A stretch of 64,000 nucleotides of DNA, taken from positions 3,927-67,926 of the forward strand of contig JAUQPE010000018.1 of the NCBI GenBank assembly GCA_030550515.1, read 5' to 3'. Below, one piece after another: positions 41,497 through 50,824 of the stretch (the first letter of the stretch is position 1; every line of letters starts with the position of its first letter). This DNA is from Thermotogota bacterium. GTDB taxonomy: Bacteria; Thermotogota; Thermotogae; Thermotogales; Thermotogaceae. The translations under genes and the position numbers were made by a program. The notes below the pieces were generated by a model. It ran no database searches and had not been told where the DNA came from. It saw nothing but the letters and a program-made list of their open reading frames with translations.

Positions 41497-42246
41497 GTGA
41501 CCAGGGGAATCTACAACGCGGCGATGGGTATGCTCATCGACATGGCCAAGGTCGACAGGATCGCAAACGACTTGGCCAACGTCGACACGGTCGGCTACAA
41601 GAGGGACACGCAGGCCTTTCGAGCGTACCTTAGAAGGGAGATATACAGGTTGGAGGCGCGTCCGGAAGGGAAAAGGGTGGAGAGGATCCCGATCGGTCCG
41701 CTGGAGTACGCCGTCGTTCTGGACGAGGTCAGACCCGATTTGACGCAGGGTGTGCTCGAAGAGACGAAAGTTCCGTACCACCTGGCCATCGATGGTGAAG
41801 GCTTTTTCGCGGTTGAGTTCAACGGGACGGTCTACTACACCAGAAACGGGGAGTTCGAGGTGAACGAAGAGGGATACATCGTCACCAACTACGGTGGTTA
41901 CCTCTTGGACGAGAACGGTGAAAGAATAAGCTTTTTCGACGGTTTCGTTGTGGATCAACATGGTTTTGTGAGGGACGCTCAGGGAAATTTCGTGACGAGG
42001 ATAGGGGTCTATTCCATAGAAAACCCTTCCAAGTTTGCCAACACCCTTTTCACCGGTGAGAACCCATCCCCCTCCCAGAACTTCAGGATTTTGCAAGGTT
42101 ACGTAGAAAAATCAAATGTGGACGCCCTGAAGGCCATGGTCGAGTTGATCGCGGCCCACAGACACTTCGAGATAGCCCAGAAGGCCTTGCTCACTCACGA
42201 CGAGGTGAACAACAAGCTGATCAACTCTCTCGCGACTCTGAAGTGA
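41497..42246 (+). CDS. flgF: flagellar basal-body rod protein FlgF
   Basis: rod-protein N-terminal motif (ANDLANVDTVGYKR) and C-terminal rod heptads. Confidence 0.8.
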   Translation: MTRGIYNAAMGMLIDMAKVDRIANDLANVDTVGYKRDTQAFRAYLRREIYRLEARPEGKRVERIPIGPLEYAVVLDEVRPDLTQGVLEETKVPYHLAIDGEGFFAVEFNGTVYYTRNGEFEVNEEGYIVTNYGGYLLDENGERISFFDGFVVDQHGFVRDAQGNFVTRIGVYSIENPSKFANTLFTGENPSPSQNFRILQGYVEKSNVDALKAMVELIAAHRHFEIAQKALLTHDEVNNKLINSLATLK

Positions 42247-42262
42247 TCTGGAGGTGTGTAGC

Positions 42263-43048
42263 ATGATGATCTCTCTCTACTCGGCGGCGACGGGTATGTC
42301 CGCGCAACAGTTGAAGCTCGACACGATCGCGAACAACCTCGCCAACGTCGACACGACCGGTTACAAGAGGATGAGGGTGGAATTCCAAGACCTACTCTAC
42401 CAGTACGCGAAAAATCCAGGAACGCCAACGGCTGCCCTCTCTTCGACGCCGACGGGTCTGTACGTCGGTCACGGCGTGAAGACGGCTGCCACCACCAGGA
42501 TCTTCACCTTGGGAAATTTCGAGCAAACCGGTAATGCCTTGGACCTGGCCATAGCGGGAGACGGTTTCTTCCAGATCCAACTCCAGGACGGTAGGATCGC
42601 TTACACGAGGGACGGTAGTTTCAAGGTGGACAGCGAGGGTAGAATCGTGACGGCGAACGGTTTGCTCCTGATACCGAACATCGAGATACCCGAAAACGCC
42701 GTCTCGATCAGCGTGTCACCGGACGGCGTCGTTTCGGTGGAACTTCAGGATGGGAGCGTTCAAGAACTTGGCACGATCACGTTGGTTAGGTTCGTCAACC
42801 CCGCGGGCTTGAAGGCCATAGGCGACAACCTCTACGTGGCCACACCTTCGTCCGGAGAGCCCATAGAGGGAACGCCTGGTCAAGATGGTTTCGGATCCAT
42901 AAAGCAAGGTTTCCTGGAAAAGTCCAACGTCGACGTCGTGAGAGAAATGGTGGACATGATCACCGCCCAGAGGGCCTACGAGTTCAACTCCAAGGTCATC
43001 CAAACCGCCGACGACATGCTGAGGACTATCTCCAACCTCAAGAGATGA
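42263..43048 (+). CDS. flgG: flagellar basal-body distal rod protein FlgG
   Basis: ANNLANVDTTGYKR motif, FlgG-length, GGAGGTG RBS 6 nt upstream. Confidence 0.85.
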   Translation: MMISLYSAATGMSAQQLKLDTIANNLANVDTTGYKRMRVEFQDLLYQYAKNPGTPTAALSSTPTGLYVGHGVKTAATTRIFTLGNFEQTGNALDLAIAGDGFFQIQLQDGRIAYTRDGSFKVDSEGRIVTANGLLLIPNIEIPENAVSISVSPDGVVSVELQDGSVQELGTITLVRFVNPAGLKAIGDNLYVATPSSGEPIEGTPGQDGFGSIKQGFLEKSNVDVVREMVDMITAQRAYEFNSKVIQTADDMLRTISNLKR

Positions 43049-43054
43049 TGAAAG

Positions 43055-43918
43055 ATGCGGTTCTTTCTGGTTTTAATGCTTCTCTCTTGCTCGCTCTTGG
43101 CTGAGAACGTTTTGATCCTGAAAGAAACCGTCCACGCCCAACCTGGGCATTTGGTGTTGGACGACTTACTCTCCACACCCGTTGGGGACAAGAGGACAGT
43201 TTCCGTACTGCTTCCTGGCCTTGTCTACTCGATAGGAAAGAGACAACTGGAAAGGTCTTTCCCCAGCTACAAGTTCGAAGGGCCAGACGAAGTGGTCGTG
43301 TGGGTTTTGGGTGAGGAAGGTTTAGCCGAGGCTATTCGAAGGGAACTGGAGAGGGCCTACGGGTTGGAGACGGACTTCACGATGAAAGTTTTGAAGAGCT
43401 TTGGAAGGTACCCGTCCGACTTGAAAGTGGAGCAGATCCGCGTCACCAGGATATCGAGGACTCTCGCGAGCGTGTTCTTGAGGTTCGCCGACAGGACCTC
43501 CGTGACGTTGAACGTGGAGTTGTCCTGTGAGAGGAGCGTGGTGGTGGCAAAGAGAAATATAAGGAAGGGAGAGGTTGTGAGGGAAGAAGACGTGGTATTG
43601 GAGAGGAAGAACATTTTGGGGATAGGAGAGCCAGTTTTGGAAATCGCAGAAGTTGTTGGAAAGATCGCGAAGAGGTACATCGCGTCGGGGACGCCCATCG
43701 AACGCGGACACTTGGAGCGACCACCCGATGCGTTCAAAGACCAGATCGTTCCGGCGTTTCTCGACACGGGTGCGTTGAAGGTGTCGACGTTTGTGAAACT
43801 CTTGGAGAACGCGAGGATTGGTGAGAGAGTAAAGGCGATGAACACGGAAACTGGAAGGACCGTGACGGGTGTTTTGCTCGAAGGTCCTACCCTCAAGATC
43901 ACAGGGGTGATACAGTGA
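43055..43918 (+). CDS. flgA: flagellar P-ring assembly chaperone FlgA
   Basis: signal peptide + C-terminal SAF domain (VVAKRNIRKGEVV). Confidence 0.6.
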   Translation: MRFFLVLMLLSCSLLAENVLILKETVHAQPGHLVLDDLLSTPVGDKRTVSVLLPGLVYSIGKRQLERSFPSYKFEGPDEVVVWVLGEEGLAEAIRRELERAYGLETDFTMKVLKSFGRYPSDLKVEQIRVTRISRTLASVFLRFADRTSVTLNVELSCERSVVVAKRNIRKGEVVREEDVVLERKNILGIGEPVLEIAEVVGKIAKRYIASGTPIERGHLERPPDAFKDQIVPAFLDTGALKVSTFVKLLENARIGERVKAMNTETGRTVTGVLLEGPTLKITGVIQ

Positions 43919-44511
43919 AAAAGCACATTTTTTTGTTGCTCTGTCTGGTTGCGACGGTGAGCTTTCCTTTCTCGATCTGGGCCTCTTCAGAAAACGAAGA
44001 GTTCAAGAGCCTGCTGACCGTGAAGAGGGCCAGCAAGGTGGGAGACATAGTGACGATAGTCATAAGGGAGAGCGCTAGGATGTCTTCCGAAAGGGACAGC
44101 CTTGAGCTTCAAAAGATCTTGATGGGAATCGTGGGGGGAGTCGTGGAGGCGACGACCAACGTCTCCCTGAGAAACTTCATCCCGATCAACAACAACCCCG
44201 CTCAGAGGAGAGAAAGCGAGATCCGTTCTGTCGCGGTGGCGGAGATCTCCGCAGTTGTGGTGGACATCGACAAATACGGCAACTTGGTGATCGAGGGAAA
44301 GAAGAGAATAAAGGTCGACAAGAACCTGCAGGAGATCATAATAAAGGGGAAAGTGAGGCCAGAGGACGTTCAACTGGGGAACAAAGTCGACTCTTCCAAA
44401 GTCGCGGACGCGGAGATCTGGGTGAACGGCAGGCTGGTGTTCAGCAGCGAACCGGGTAAGGAGAGTTGGTTCGATAAGGTCCTGGCCTTCCTGGCGAGCC
44501 TCTTCACGTGA
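43915..44511 (+). CDS. flgH: flagellar L-ring protein FlgH
   Basis: signal peptide with Cys (LLLCLVAT), FlgH motif VGDIVTIVIRES. Confidence 0.7.
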   Translation: MKKHIFLLLCLVATVSFPFSIWASSENEEFKSLLTVKRASKVGDIVTIVIRESARMSSERDSLELQKILMGIVGGVVEATTNVSLRNFIPINNNPAQRRESEIRSVAVAEISAVVVDIDKYGNLVIEGKKRIKVDKNLQEIIIKGKVRPEDVQLGNKVDSSKVADAEIWVNGRLVFSSEPGKESWFDKVLAFLASLFT

Positions 44512-44520
44512 GGTGAGACT

Positions 44521-45510
44521 GTGAAGAAAGTGTTCCTCTTGGTGCTGATCTCAGCCTCTCTGATGTTGTTCCCATCTGTCGTGAGACTGAAAGACATCGC
44601 ATTCTTCAGCGGGGCGAGGGACAACCAGCTCTTCGGAGTGGGGTTGGTCGTGGGTCTCAACGGCACGGGAGACTCGGGAAACGTGAACACGCCTCTTTTG
44701 GCTGAGATGGTGAAGAAGTTCGGCGTGCAGATACCAGCCGACTCCGTGAAATCCAGAAACACTGCCATCGTCATGGTTCTCGCGGACATCCCGCCTTTTG
44801 CGAAAAACGGGATGAGGATAAACTGTGTGGTGGCCTCGCTGGCCGACGCCAAGTCCCTGGAAGGAGGATTTCTGGTACAGACACCTCTTTACGGAGCGGA
44901 CGGAAGGGTGTACGCCGTGGCGCAAGGTCCCGTGAGTGTAGGAGGGTTGGATGCGAGGGAGTCCGCAAACCTCCAGAAGAGGTACAAGGTCGTGGGCTAC
45001 ATCCCTGGTGGCGCCATCGTGGAGAGGGACATACCCTCGAGTCTTGCGGAGAGCGACAGCGTGACGATCTTCCTCAGAGAACCGAACGTGACCATGGCGG
45101 CCAGGGTCGCCAGCGCCATAAATAAGAAGTTCGAGATGATCTTGGCTAAAGCGGTGGACCCCTCAACGGTGAAGGTTGTCATCCCCACCGTTTTCCGCGA
45201 CGACGTCATCACTTTCTTGGCGATCTTGGAGGACGTTGAGGTACAGCTCGACAGTCCCGCTCGAATCGTCGTGAACGAAAGGACGGGAACCGTGGTGATA
45301 GGTGGGAACGTGAAACTGACCGATTTCGTCGTTTCGTACGGGAACTTCACGATCAGCGTTGGCAGTGGAAAGATAGGCGATAAGGAAGCGACGGTGGCGA
45401 ATCTTGTGAGCGCGTTGAGGGCAGCTGGGGCGACACCACAAGACATCATAGCGATCCTACAAGTGCTCCACAAGGCGGGTTACATCGCGGCGGAACTGGT
45501 GATCATGTGA
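44521..45510 (+). CDS. flgI: flagellar P-ring protein FlgI
   Basis: RLKDIA…GVGLVVGLNGTGDS N-terminal signature. Confidence 0.85.
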   Translation: MKKVFLLVLISASLMLFPSVVRLKDIAFFSGARDNQLFGVGLVVGLNGTGDSGNVNTPLLAEMVKKFGVQIPADSVKSRNTAIVMVLADIPPFAKNGMRINCVVASLADAKSLEGGFLVQTPLYGADGRVYAVAQGPVSVGGLDARESANLQKRYKVVGYIPGGAIVERDIPSSLAESDSVTIFLREPNVTMAARVASAINKKFEMILAKAVDPSTVKVVIPTVFRDDVITFLAILEDVEVQLDSPARIVVNERTGTVVIGGNVKLTDFVVSYGNFTISVGSGKIGDKEATVANLVSALRAAGATPQDIIAILQVLHKAGYIAAELVIM

Positions 45511-45511
45511 G

Positions 45512-45787
45512 GTGTTCGGTGTGGTGGTTTCGCCTGTGTCCTCCGCCATCCGTGATTTGAGAAGCGCAAGCGTGGAGTTCGCCTCTGAGCTCTTCTACGT
45601 GGTCTTCAAGAGGATGTACGAGGCCATTCCCAGGTACGATCTGATACCGGAAACGCAAGCCGAGAAGTGGTTCAAAGAGATGCTCATACGCGAGTACTCG
45701 AGGAAAGCCGCGGCACAAAGCGCCCTCGCCGAAACTGTGGCGAGGGCACTGGGTGAGCGCTATTGGAAGGAGCAACGGACAAGGTGA
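45512..45787 (+). CDS. FlgJ-N-like rod-binding protein
   Basis: 91 aa, EFASELFYVVFKRMYEA resembles FlgJ N-terminal rod-binding domain. Confidence 0.45.
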   Translation: MFGVVVSPVSSAIRDLRSASVEFASELFYVVFKRMYEAIPRYDLIPETQAEKWFKEMLIREYSRKAAAQSALAETVARALGERYWKEQRTR

Positions 45788-45790
45788 ACA

Positions 45791-46630
45791 TCATTTCACG
45801 AGTATGGAGAATTCCCTGATCTCCCAACCGAACCTCGACTCCTTGGTGCGCGGATCCCCAAACTCGGTGCCGACTTCCACGTTCTCGAAGTACATCTCGT
45901 CGAAGTTCGACACCCTCTTCATCCTGGAAAATTCCCTTATCACTTCTTTGGTTTTCTCCACGAACGGCTTCACCGGCAGGACCACCTTGCCCTCTCTGAG
46001 AGGGGTGGTGAGTCTGAAGGCCAAGTAGTCCCATTCCCACTCCGCGTAGTAAACCTCCCAAATGGTCTCGACGACTTCTCCGTTCACCTCCATCTCTACC
46101 TGAAGCGTACCCACCCTGTCACCGCCGGGGGTCAGGATGCTGTTGTACAGCCAGATCATCATCTCCACGTCCCCCGCCGTGACGATCCTGGGGCGCTCTT
46201 CCCTCGTGATCCAACTCTCGACCGCCAAGTTGAACGGTAACCTCTCTTCGTGCCAGAGAGAATACTCCAAAACTACATGGAAATCCGGCAGGTCGCTCAC
46301 CTTTCTTGGAAGCTTCAACACATCCGAGGAGACGCCTTTCCCCGACCAAGGCTTGTAACCGTAGTAAATCTCCGGATAGCCGTGGACCCATCTGTTTGGA
46401 TCTACTTGGACTATGTCGTACAAGTCCGCTTCGAACAGGACCCTTTCCCCATCGAACTTCAGGAGGGCGTTTCCGTTATAGCTTCTGACGTTCCAAAAGT
46501 TGAACTCCAACACTATCGGGAGACCCCGGAACTCGACCTCCGCAAGGCCGGGGCTCGTGAGCGAAACCACGCTTCCCAGCGCCACAGAAACGAGCAAGGC
46601 GAGAATCCAAATGACCGACGACTTCCTCAT
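45791..46630 (-). CDS. GH12 endo-1,4-beta-glucanase, secreted paralog (CelB-like)
   Basis: signal peptide MRKSSVIWILALLVSVALG; paralog of upstream gene sharing YPEIYYGYKPW, W.TRE, VEMM.WLY, EWEWDYLAF blocks; sizes and order as celA/celB of T. maritima. Confidence 0.6.
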   Translation of the reverse strand: MRKSSVIWILALLVSVALGSVVSLTSPGLAEVEFRGLPIVLEFNFWNVRSYNGNALLKFDGERVLFEADLYDIVQVDPNRWVHGYPEIYYGYKPWSGKGVSSDVLKLPRKVSDLPDFHVVLEYSLWHEERLPFNLAVESWITREERPRIVTAGDVEMMIWLYNSILTPGGDRVGTLQVEMEVNGEVVETIWEVYYAEWEWDYLAFRLTTPLREGKVVLPVKPFVEKTKEVIREFSRMKRVSNFDEMYFENVEVGTEFGDPRTKESRFGWEIREFSILVK

Positions 46631-47397
46631 GCGCCGATCACCTCCAGAGAAAGGTCTCTCACGCTCCATTCGAAATGTGCCCTTTTGGTTTCCGGACTTC
46701 CAAACTCCGTTCCGATCTCCCAAACCGTGAAGAAGAGCTCACCTACGTCCCTCACCCTGGAAGAGCTCTTCAGGTAGTCTTGAACTATCTCGAGGAAGTC
46801 CAGAACGTTCAGCTTCACCCTCCCGGAAGGGATCGGTTCCTTGATGCAGAAAGCCAAATAGTCCCAACCCCACTCCGCGTGCCACAGTTCCCACGTTTCT
46901 CCACCCTCTTCGCCGTTCAGCTCCATGGGTACCACGTACTCCCCCACCTTCCTTCCACCCGGTTTGAGCCCGTGGTGGTAGAGCCAAACCATCACCTCCA
47001 CGTCACCCAGCGACGCTTCCGCTTGGTACCTTCCTCGCGTGAGCCAGGTTTCCATGGCGAAATTCAACGGCAAACCTTTCTCGTGGTTCACCTCGAATTT
47101 CAGGCACACGTCGAACACCCTCAAATCCTTCAACGCGGTCGGCAACTTGGTTCCTCTCGCCGAGTGTCTCTCCCAAGGTTTGTAACCGTAGTAGAACTCC
47201 GGATAACCTAGAACGTACCGCTCTGGAGATTTTATCTCCACCTTACTCAAACCCGCGGAAAACTCCACCTTTTCCCCATCGAACCTGAGTAGGACTTTTC
47301 CTTCGTATTCCTTCACGTTCCAGAGGTTGAGTTCCATCGAAAGTGGCGTTCCTTTCCACACGAAATCTTCCGTACCTGGACTTTCAAGTGTCACCAT
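46627..47397 (-). CDS. GH12 endo-1,4-beta-glucanase, cytoplasmic paralog (CelA-like)
   Basis: no signal peptide; same conserved blocks; stop overlaps downstream ATG (ATGA). Confidence 0.6.
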   Translation of the reverse strand: MVTLESPGTEDFVWKGTPLSMELNLWNVKEYEGKVLLRFDGEKVEFSAGLSKVEIKSPERYVLGYPEFYYGYKPWERHSARGTKLPTALKDLRVFDVCLKFEVNHEKGLPLNFAMETWLTRGRYQAEASLGDVEVMVWLYHHGLKPGGRKVGEYVVPMELNGEEGGETWELWHAEWGWDYLAFCIKEPIPSGRVKLNVLDFLEIVQDYLKSSSRVRDVGELFFTVWEIGTEFGSPETKRAHFEWSVRDLSLEVIGA

Positions 47398-47519
47398 CGA
47401 TGTTCACCCCTCTCAGATCTTCGCATGAAAATGCTTACATCTCAACAGATCGAACAACTTTTGGAAACACTGAATCCAGCTGGATTAACAGAAATTTAAA
47501 AACAGATGTGGTATATTCC

Positions 47520-47697
47520 TCAACGAGGGGATGCGCGTGCTAGATTTCAGGTTTTCCTTCCACGAAGAAGGCATCTTGAGTAACATGATAATGCGCACTA
47601 CGATCAGGGGCCGGCCCCAGAGGGACCGGGATGTTCTCTTGCGCTGAGAAGTCTCGATCCCGAGGGGCCGGCCGAAGAGGTCGGCCCCATTTTTTTG
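47520..47697 (+). promoter_or_regulatory. structured 5' leader ending in an intrinsic terminator (candidate riboswitch/attenuator)
   Basis: extended -10 TGgTATATT at ~47506-47514; leader contains self-complementary GGGGCCGGCCCC and terminator GGGGCCG-loop-CGGCCCC + U8 (47664-47697) ending 4 nt before the GGAGGTG RBS. Confidence 0.4.
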
Positions 47698-47712
47698 ATG
47701 GGAGGTGGGATC

Positions 47713-48237
47713 ATGAGGATCACAAACGTTATCCAAGTTTCCGCGAACGGAAGGTTCAAAAAGTTTGACATCGACGGCGTGATCGTGTCGGTTGAACGCT
47801 CCGTGGTTCTGGACCGCGAAAAGATCAGAGCGTTGATCAGGGAAGACTTATCCCTCGAGGAGCTTGGCGAAAGGCTACTCGCTTCGCTTCAAATGGACGA
47901 GATGGTTGTGGAAAGAAACGAAGAGGTGTTCATGAGTTTGAAAAAGCCGATCAACTTGTTCGTCGACGGGCAACTCACCGTGAAAGTCCCGGAGAAGATC
48001 ACACCCTGCGTGGTCCTCTCCGCCTCCCCGAGCGAGGAAAAGAAGGTCTTGGTGTTCTCGAAAAGAACGGAACCCGCAAGGAAGGTCGTGGAACTTTTCG
48101 AAGATATGGTCGAGAAACCCCATCACCTTCCGGCCTTCATCCAGGAAGCGAAGAACGCGCCGGAGATCCTGGGCGTCGTCGGCGTGGTGGGGAAGGTCGT
48201 CGGGACTTGGGGGAAATTTCAGTTGGAGCTGGTTTGA
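47713..48237 (+). CDS. hypothetical cytoplasmic protein
   Basis: ATG 47713 with GGAGGTG at optimal spacing; no recognisable motif. Confidence 0.45.
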   Translation: MRITNVIQVSANGRFKKFDIDGVIVSVERSVVLDREKIRALIREDLSLEELGERLLASLQMDEMVVERNEEVFMSLKKPINLFVDGQLTVKVPEKITPCVVLSASPSEEKKVLVFSKRTEPARKVVELFEDMVEKPHHLPAFIQEAKNAPEILGVVGVVGKVVGTWGKFQLELV

Positions 48238-49565
48238 TCCCTCATCCAAAGTTCGTCCCAATTCAAGCGAGAACCGGGGAACAACTTCTTCGCGGCGTAA
48301 AGGAACTTGGAAAAGGTCACGGAGAAGTGGTAAAGGAAGGCGACGACGGGATCGTTCATTTTGTAACGAAAGTCGAACACGTCGCCCTCGTATTTTCCCT
48401 TTTCCTTGAGTTTTCTCTCGTATTCCGTGCCGGCGAGGGGCAACATCTTGTTGGTTATGTCTATGGGTCTGATCTTGGCGCTCATGATACGTTTCGCCAA
48501 CCTCACGAAGCGAAGGTTTTCGATGACCTCGTCCAACGTGGTCTCGTCGTCGAACATGATGAAGCCAGGTGAAACGTAAAGGTCCAGCTTCGCCATCGTC
48601 TCCAACGCCTTCAGGTTCTGCTGAACCGTGACACCCTTCCTGAACCTGTCCAACATGGTCTGGGAGCCAGATTCCAAACCCAGAAACACCCTCCGAAGTC
48701 CCGATTCCTTCAAGAGCTTGAACAGCTCTTCGTCGACTTCCGTCACCCTACTCTCTATCGCGTAACGCACCTTTATCTTCCTCCTCAGTATCTCTTCGGC
48801 GATCCTTGCGGCCCTCTCCTTCGATATGGTGAAGTTCGCGTCGCAGAAGACCACGTTCTCCACTTTGTACCCCTTCACCAATTCCTCCAGCTCGTCCACC
48901 ACGTTCTCCGGACTGCGTAGCCTCACCTTGGGACCGAACTGGGAGTAAAACGGCACCACGCTGCAGAAGGTGCAGCTCGCGTAGCATCCTCTGGAAGTGA
49001 TCATGGAGGAAAGATTGGTCTTTTCGTATATCCTGGGCAGGTGGTCTCTGGCGGGAAAGGGAAGGGAGTCCAGGTTCCTTATGGACGATCTTGTCTGCGT
49101 GACGCGGACCTGACCGTCCTCAACGTAGGCGATACCCTTGACGTCGCGCCAATCCTTACCTTCGAGGATGGCCTTGGAGAGCTCGTAAAGGGTCTCCTCG
49201 CCTTCCCCTATCACCACCGTGTCGACCGCCGGGAAGCTTTCCAGGATTTCCCTGTAGGCGAAGGAAGGGAAGATCCCCCCGATGACGAGATGTGCGCCCG
49301 TGCTTCGCTTCAAGGTGGTGATGAAGTTCAAAACTTCCAAGGCGTACTCTTGGAAGGGAACGGTCACCCCGATGATCCTTGCCGGTATCTTGGAGATCTC
49401 TTCAGCCGCCCTTTTTGGCTTCCACCCTTCCAGCTGAGCGTCTACGATCTGCACGCTCAAACCTTTGCTTCTCAAGAAGGAAGCCAAGTACGGTATACCG
49501 AGATGCTCGAAGTGGTCCACACCCCTCATCGGGGGATACACCAAGACGACGTCCGGCATCGTCAC
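48219..49565 (-). CDS. B12-binding-domain radical SAM protein
   Basis: N-terminal B12-binding-like domain then CxxxCxxC-type SRGCYASCTFCSV; GTG start 1 nt after encapsulin stop. Confidence 0.75.
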   Translation of the reverse strand: MTMPDVVLVYPPMRGVDHFEHLGIPYLASFLRSKGLSVQIVDAQLEGWKPKRAAEEISKIPARIIGVTVPFQEYALEVLNFITTLKRSTGAHLVIGGIFPSFAYREILESFPAVDTVVIGEGEETLYELSKAILEGKDWRDVKGIAYVEDGQVRVTQTRSSIRNLDSLPFPARDHLPRIYEKTNLSSMITSRGCYASCTFCSVVPFYSQFGPKVRLRSPENVVDELEELVKGYKVENVVFCDANFTISKERAARIAEEILRRKIKVRYAIESRVTEVDEELFKLLKESGLRRVFLGLESGSQTMLDRFRKGVTVQQNLKALETMAKLDLYVSPGFIMFDDETTLDEVIENLRFVRLAKRIMSAKIRPIDITNKMLPLAGTEYERKLKEKGKYEGDVFDFRYKMNDPVVAFLYHFSVTFSKFLYAAKKLFPGSRLNWDELWMRDQTSSN

Positions 49566-49566
49566 C

Positions 49567-50361
49567 TCACAGTTCCAGGCACACCAAGGCTTCGGGCGTC
49601 ACGACGTGGAAAGTGAAGGTCTCGGTTATGAACAACCTCACATGGTCTTTCTCTCTGTCCTCGTAGCCTATCGACAGGTCCTGACCGAGGATCAGCTCGA
49701 AGTCCCCTCCCCTTCCGGACACGACGAGGGCACCCTCGATCCTGGGACAAACGATCAACTCTCCTCCAAGTAAGTCTTCGACCCTCTCCTCTATCGGATA
49801 CGCGCACTTCCCAACGAGTTTCGCCCACTTGTCCGTGTTGATGACGAGATGGTACGGTCCCCCGATCCCGTCTCTTGCGAACATCTCGAGCGCCTTCACG
49901 AGGCTTCCCAGGAACGTTCCAACGTCTTCGGTGGACGAAGCCACCTTTCTCGCACTCGCGTACTCCAGCAGTCCCTTGATCTTGGATTTTTCGCATCCTT
50001 CGAAGATCGTCTCGTCCTCGAACTCGGCGACCTTCCTTGCGACTTCCTCTAGGGGGGAAAGGTCTGGTACTTTCTTTCCCCTTTCCACGTTGTCGAGCTC
50101 CCAAAGGTTCAACCTGAAAGTCGCCCTGACCTCGACGAGTGGCAGGGACTTCCTGAGCCCCCACTTCACCACTTCGTCTTCGCTGGAGAGCACCTCCACC
50201 TCACCCAGCGGGTGAGAAGAGTATTCCCAACCGAAAGGTCCCAACACGTCCACGATCCTTCGACCGAAGAGCTGGCTTTGGAAGATCTCCCTTGCCCTCT
50301 TGTCTATCTCTTCCCATTGCCTTTCCGTGAGAGGCGCGAACGACCTCTTCAGAAATTCCAT
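49567..50361 (-). CDS. encapsulin nanocompartment shell protein (family 1, linocin M18-like)
   Basis: 264 aa, near-collinear with T. maritima encapsulin ([13 protein letters not shown]…[12 protein letters not shown]…[17 protein letters not shown]…[10 protein letters not shown]). Confidence 0.85.
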   Translation of the reverse strand: MEFLKRSFAPLTERQWEEIDKRAREIFQSQLFGRRIVDVLGPFGWEYSSHPLGEVEVLSSEDEVVKWGLRKSLPLVEVRATFRLNLWELDNVERGKKVPDLSPLEEVARKVAEFEDETIFEGCEKSKIKGLLEYASARKVASSTEDVGTFLGSLVKALEMFARDGIGGPYHLVINTDKWAKLVGKCAYPIEERVEDLLGGELIVCPRIEGALVVSGRGGDFELILGQDLSIGYEDREKDHVRLFITETFTFHVVTPEALVCLEL

Positions 50362-50367
50362 TGTCCT

Positions 50368-50715
50368 TCACCTCCTGGGAGGCTTCCTTATGCCGAGATC
50401 GCCCGAGGTACTTTCCTTCGAACCGCCCGCCTCTATCTCCGTCAAGGGCTTGTCGGTGAACAGGTAAGTCCTGAGGGCTTCGTCCCAACCGGGCATGTTC
50501 CTCCTCAGCCACTCCAAGAGCATGGCCGCGTGCTCCATCTCCTCATTCCTGTTGTGTTCCAGGACTTTCTTGATCGTCTCGTCCTTGGTCGCGACCACCC
50601 TTTGGTGGTACCAAGCCACGGCCTCGATCTCTTCCTTCAAACTGTTGAGCGCCCTGATGAAATCCCTATCCCTTCCGCTGAGTTCCTCGATGGGTTCGTG
50701 GTACTGTTCCGCCAT
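50368..50715 (-). CDS. encapsulated ferritin-like protein (Flp cargo) with C-terminal targeting peptide
   Basis: ferritin-like helices with EExH-type iron ligands and C-terminal SGDLGIRK encapsulin-targeting motif; ATG with GGAGGTG RBS. Confidence 0.8.
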   Translation of the reverse strand: MAEQYHEPIEELSGRDRDFIRALNSLKEEIEAVAWYHQRVVATKDETIKKVLEHNRNEEMEHAAMLLEWLRRNMPGWDEALRTYLFTDKPLTEIEAGGSKESTSGDLGIRKPPRR

Positions 50716-50824
50716 ATTTCCACCTCCACTCGTGAGATCTTTCCTCATTCAAAATTTTAACAGATCGGCGTGATAAAATCTAACGAAAACGACTAACCTT
50801 CAGTCGAATCAGGTCGGTGACGGT

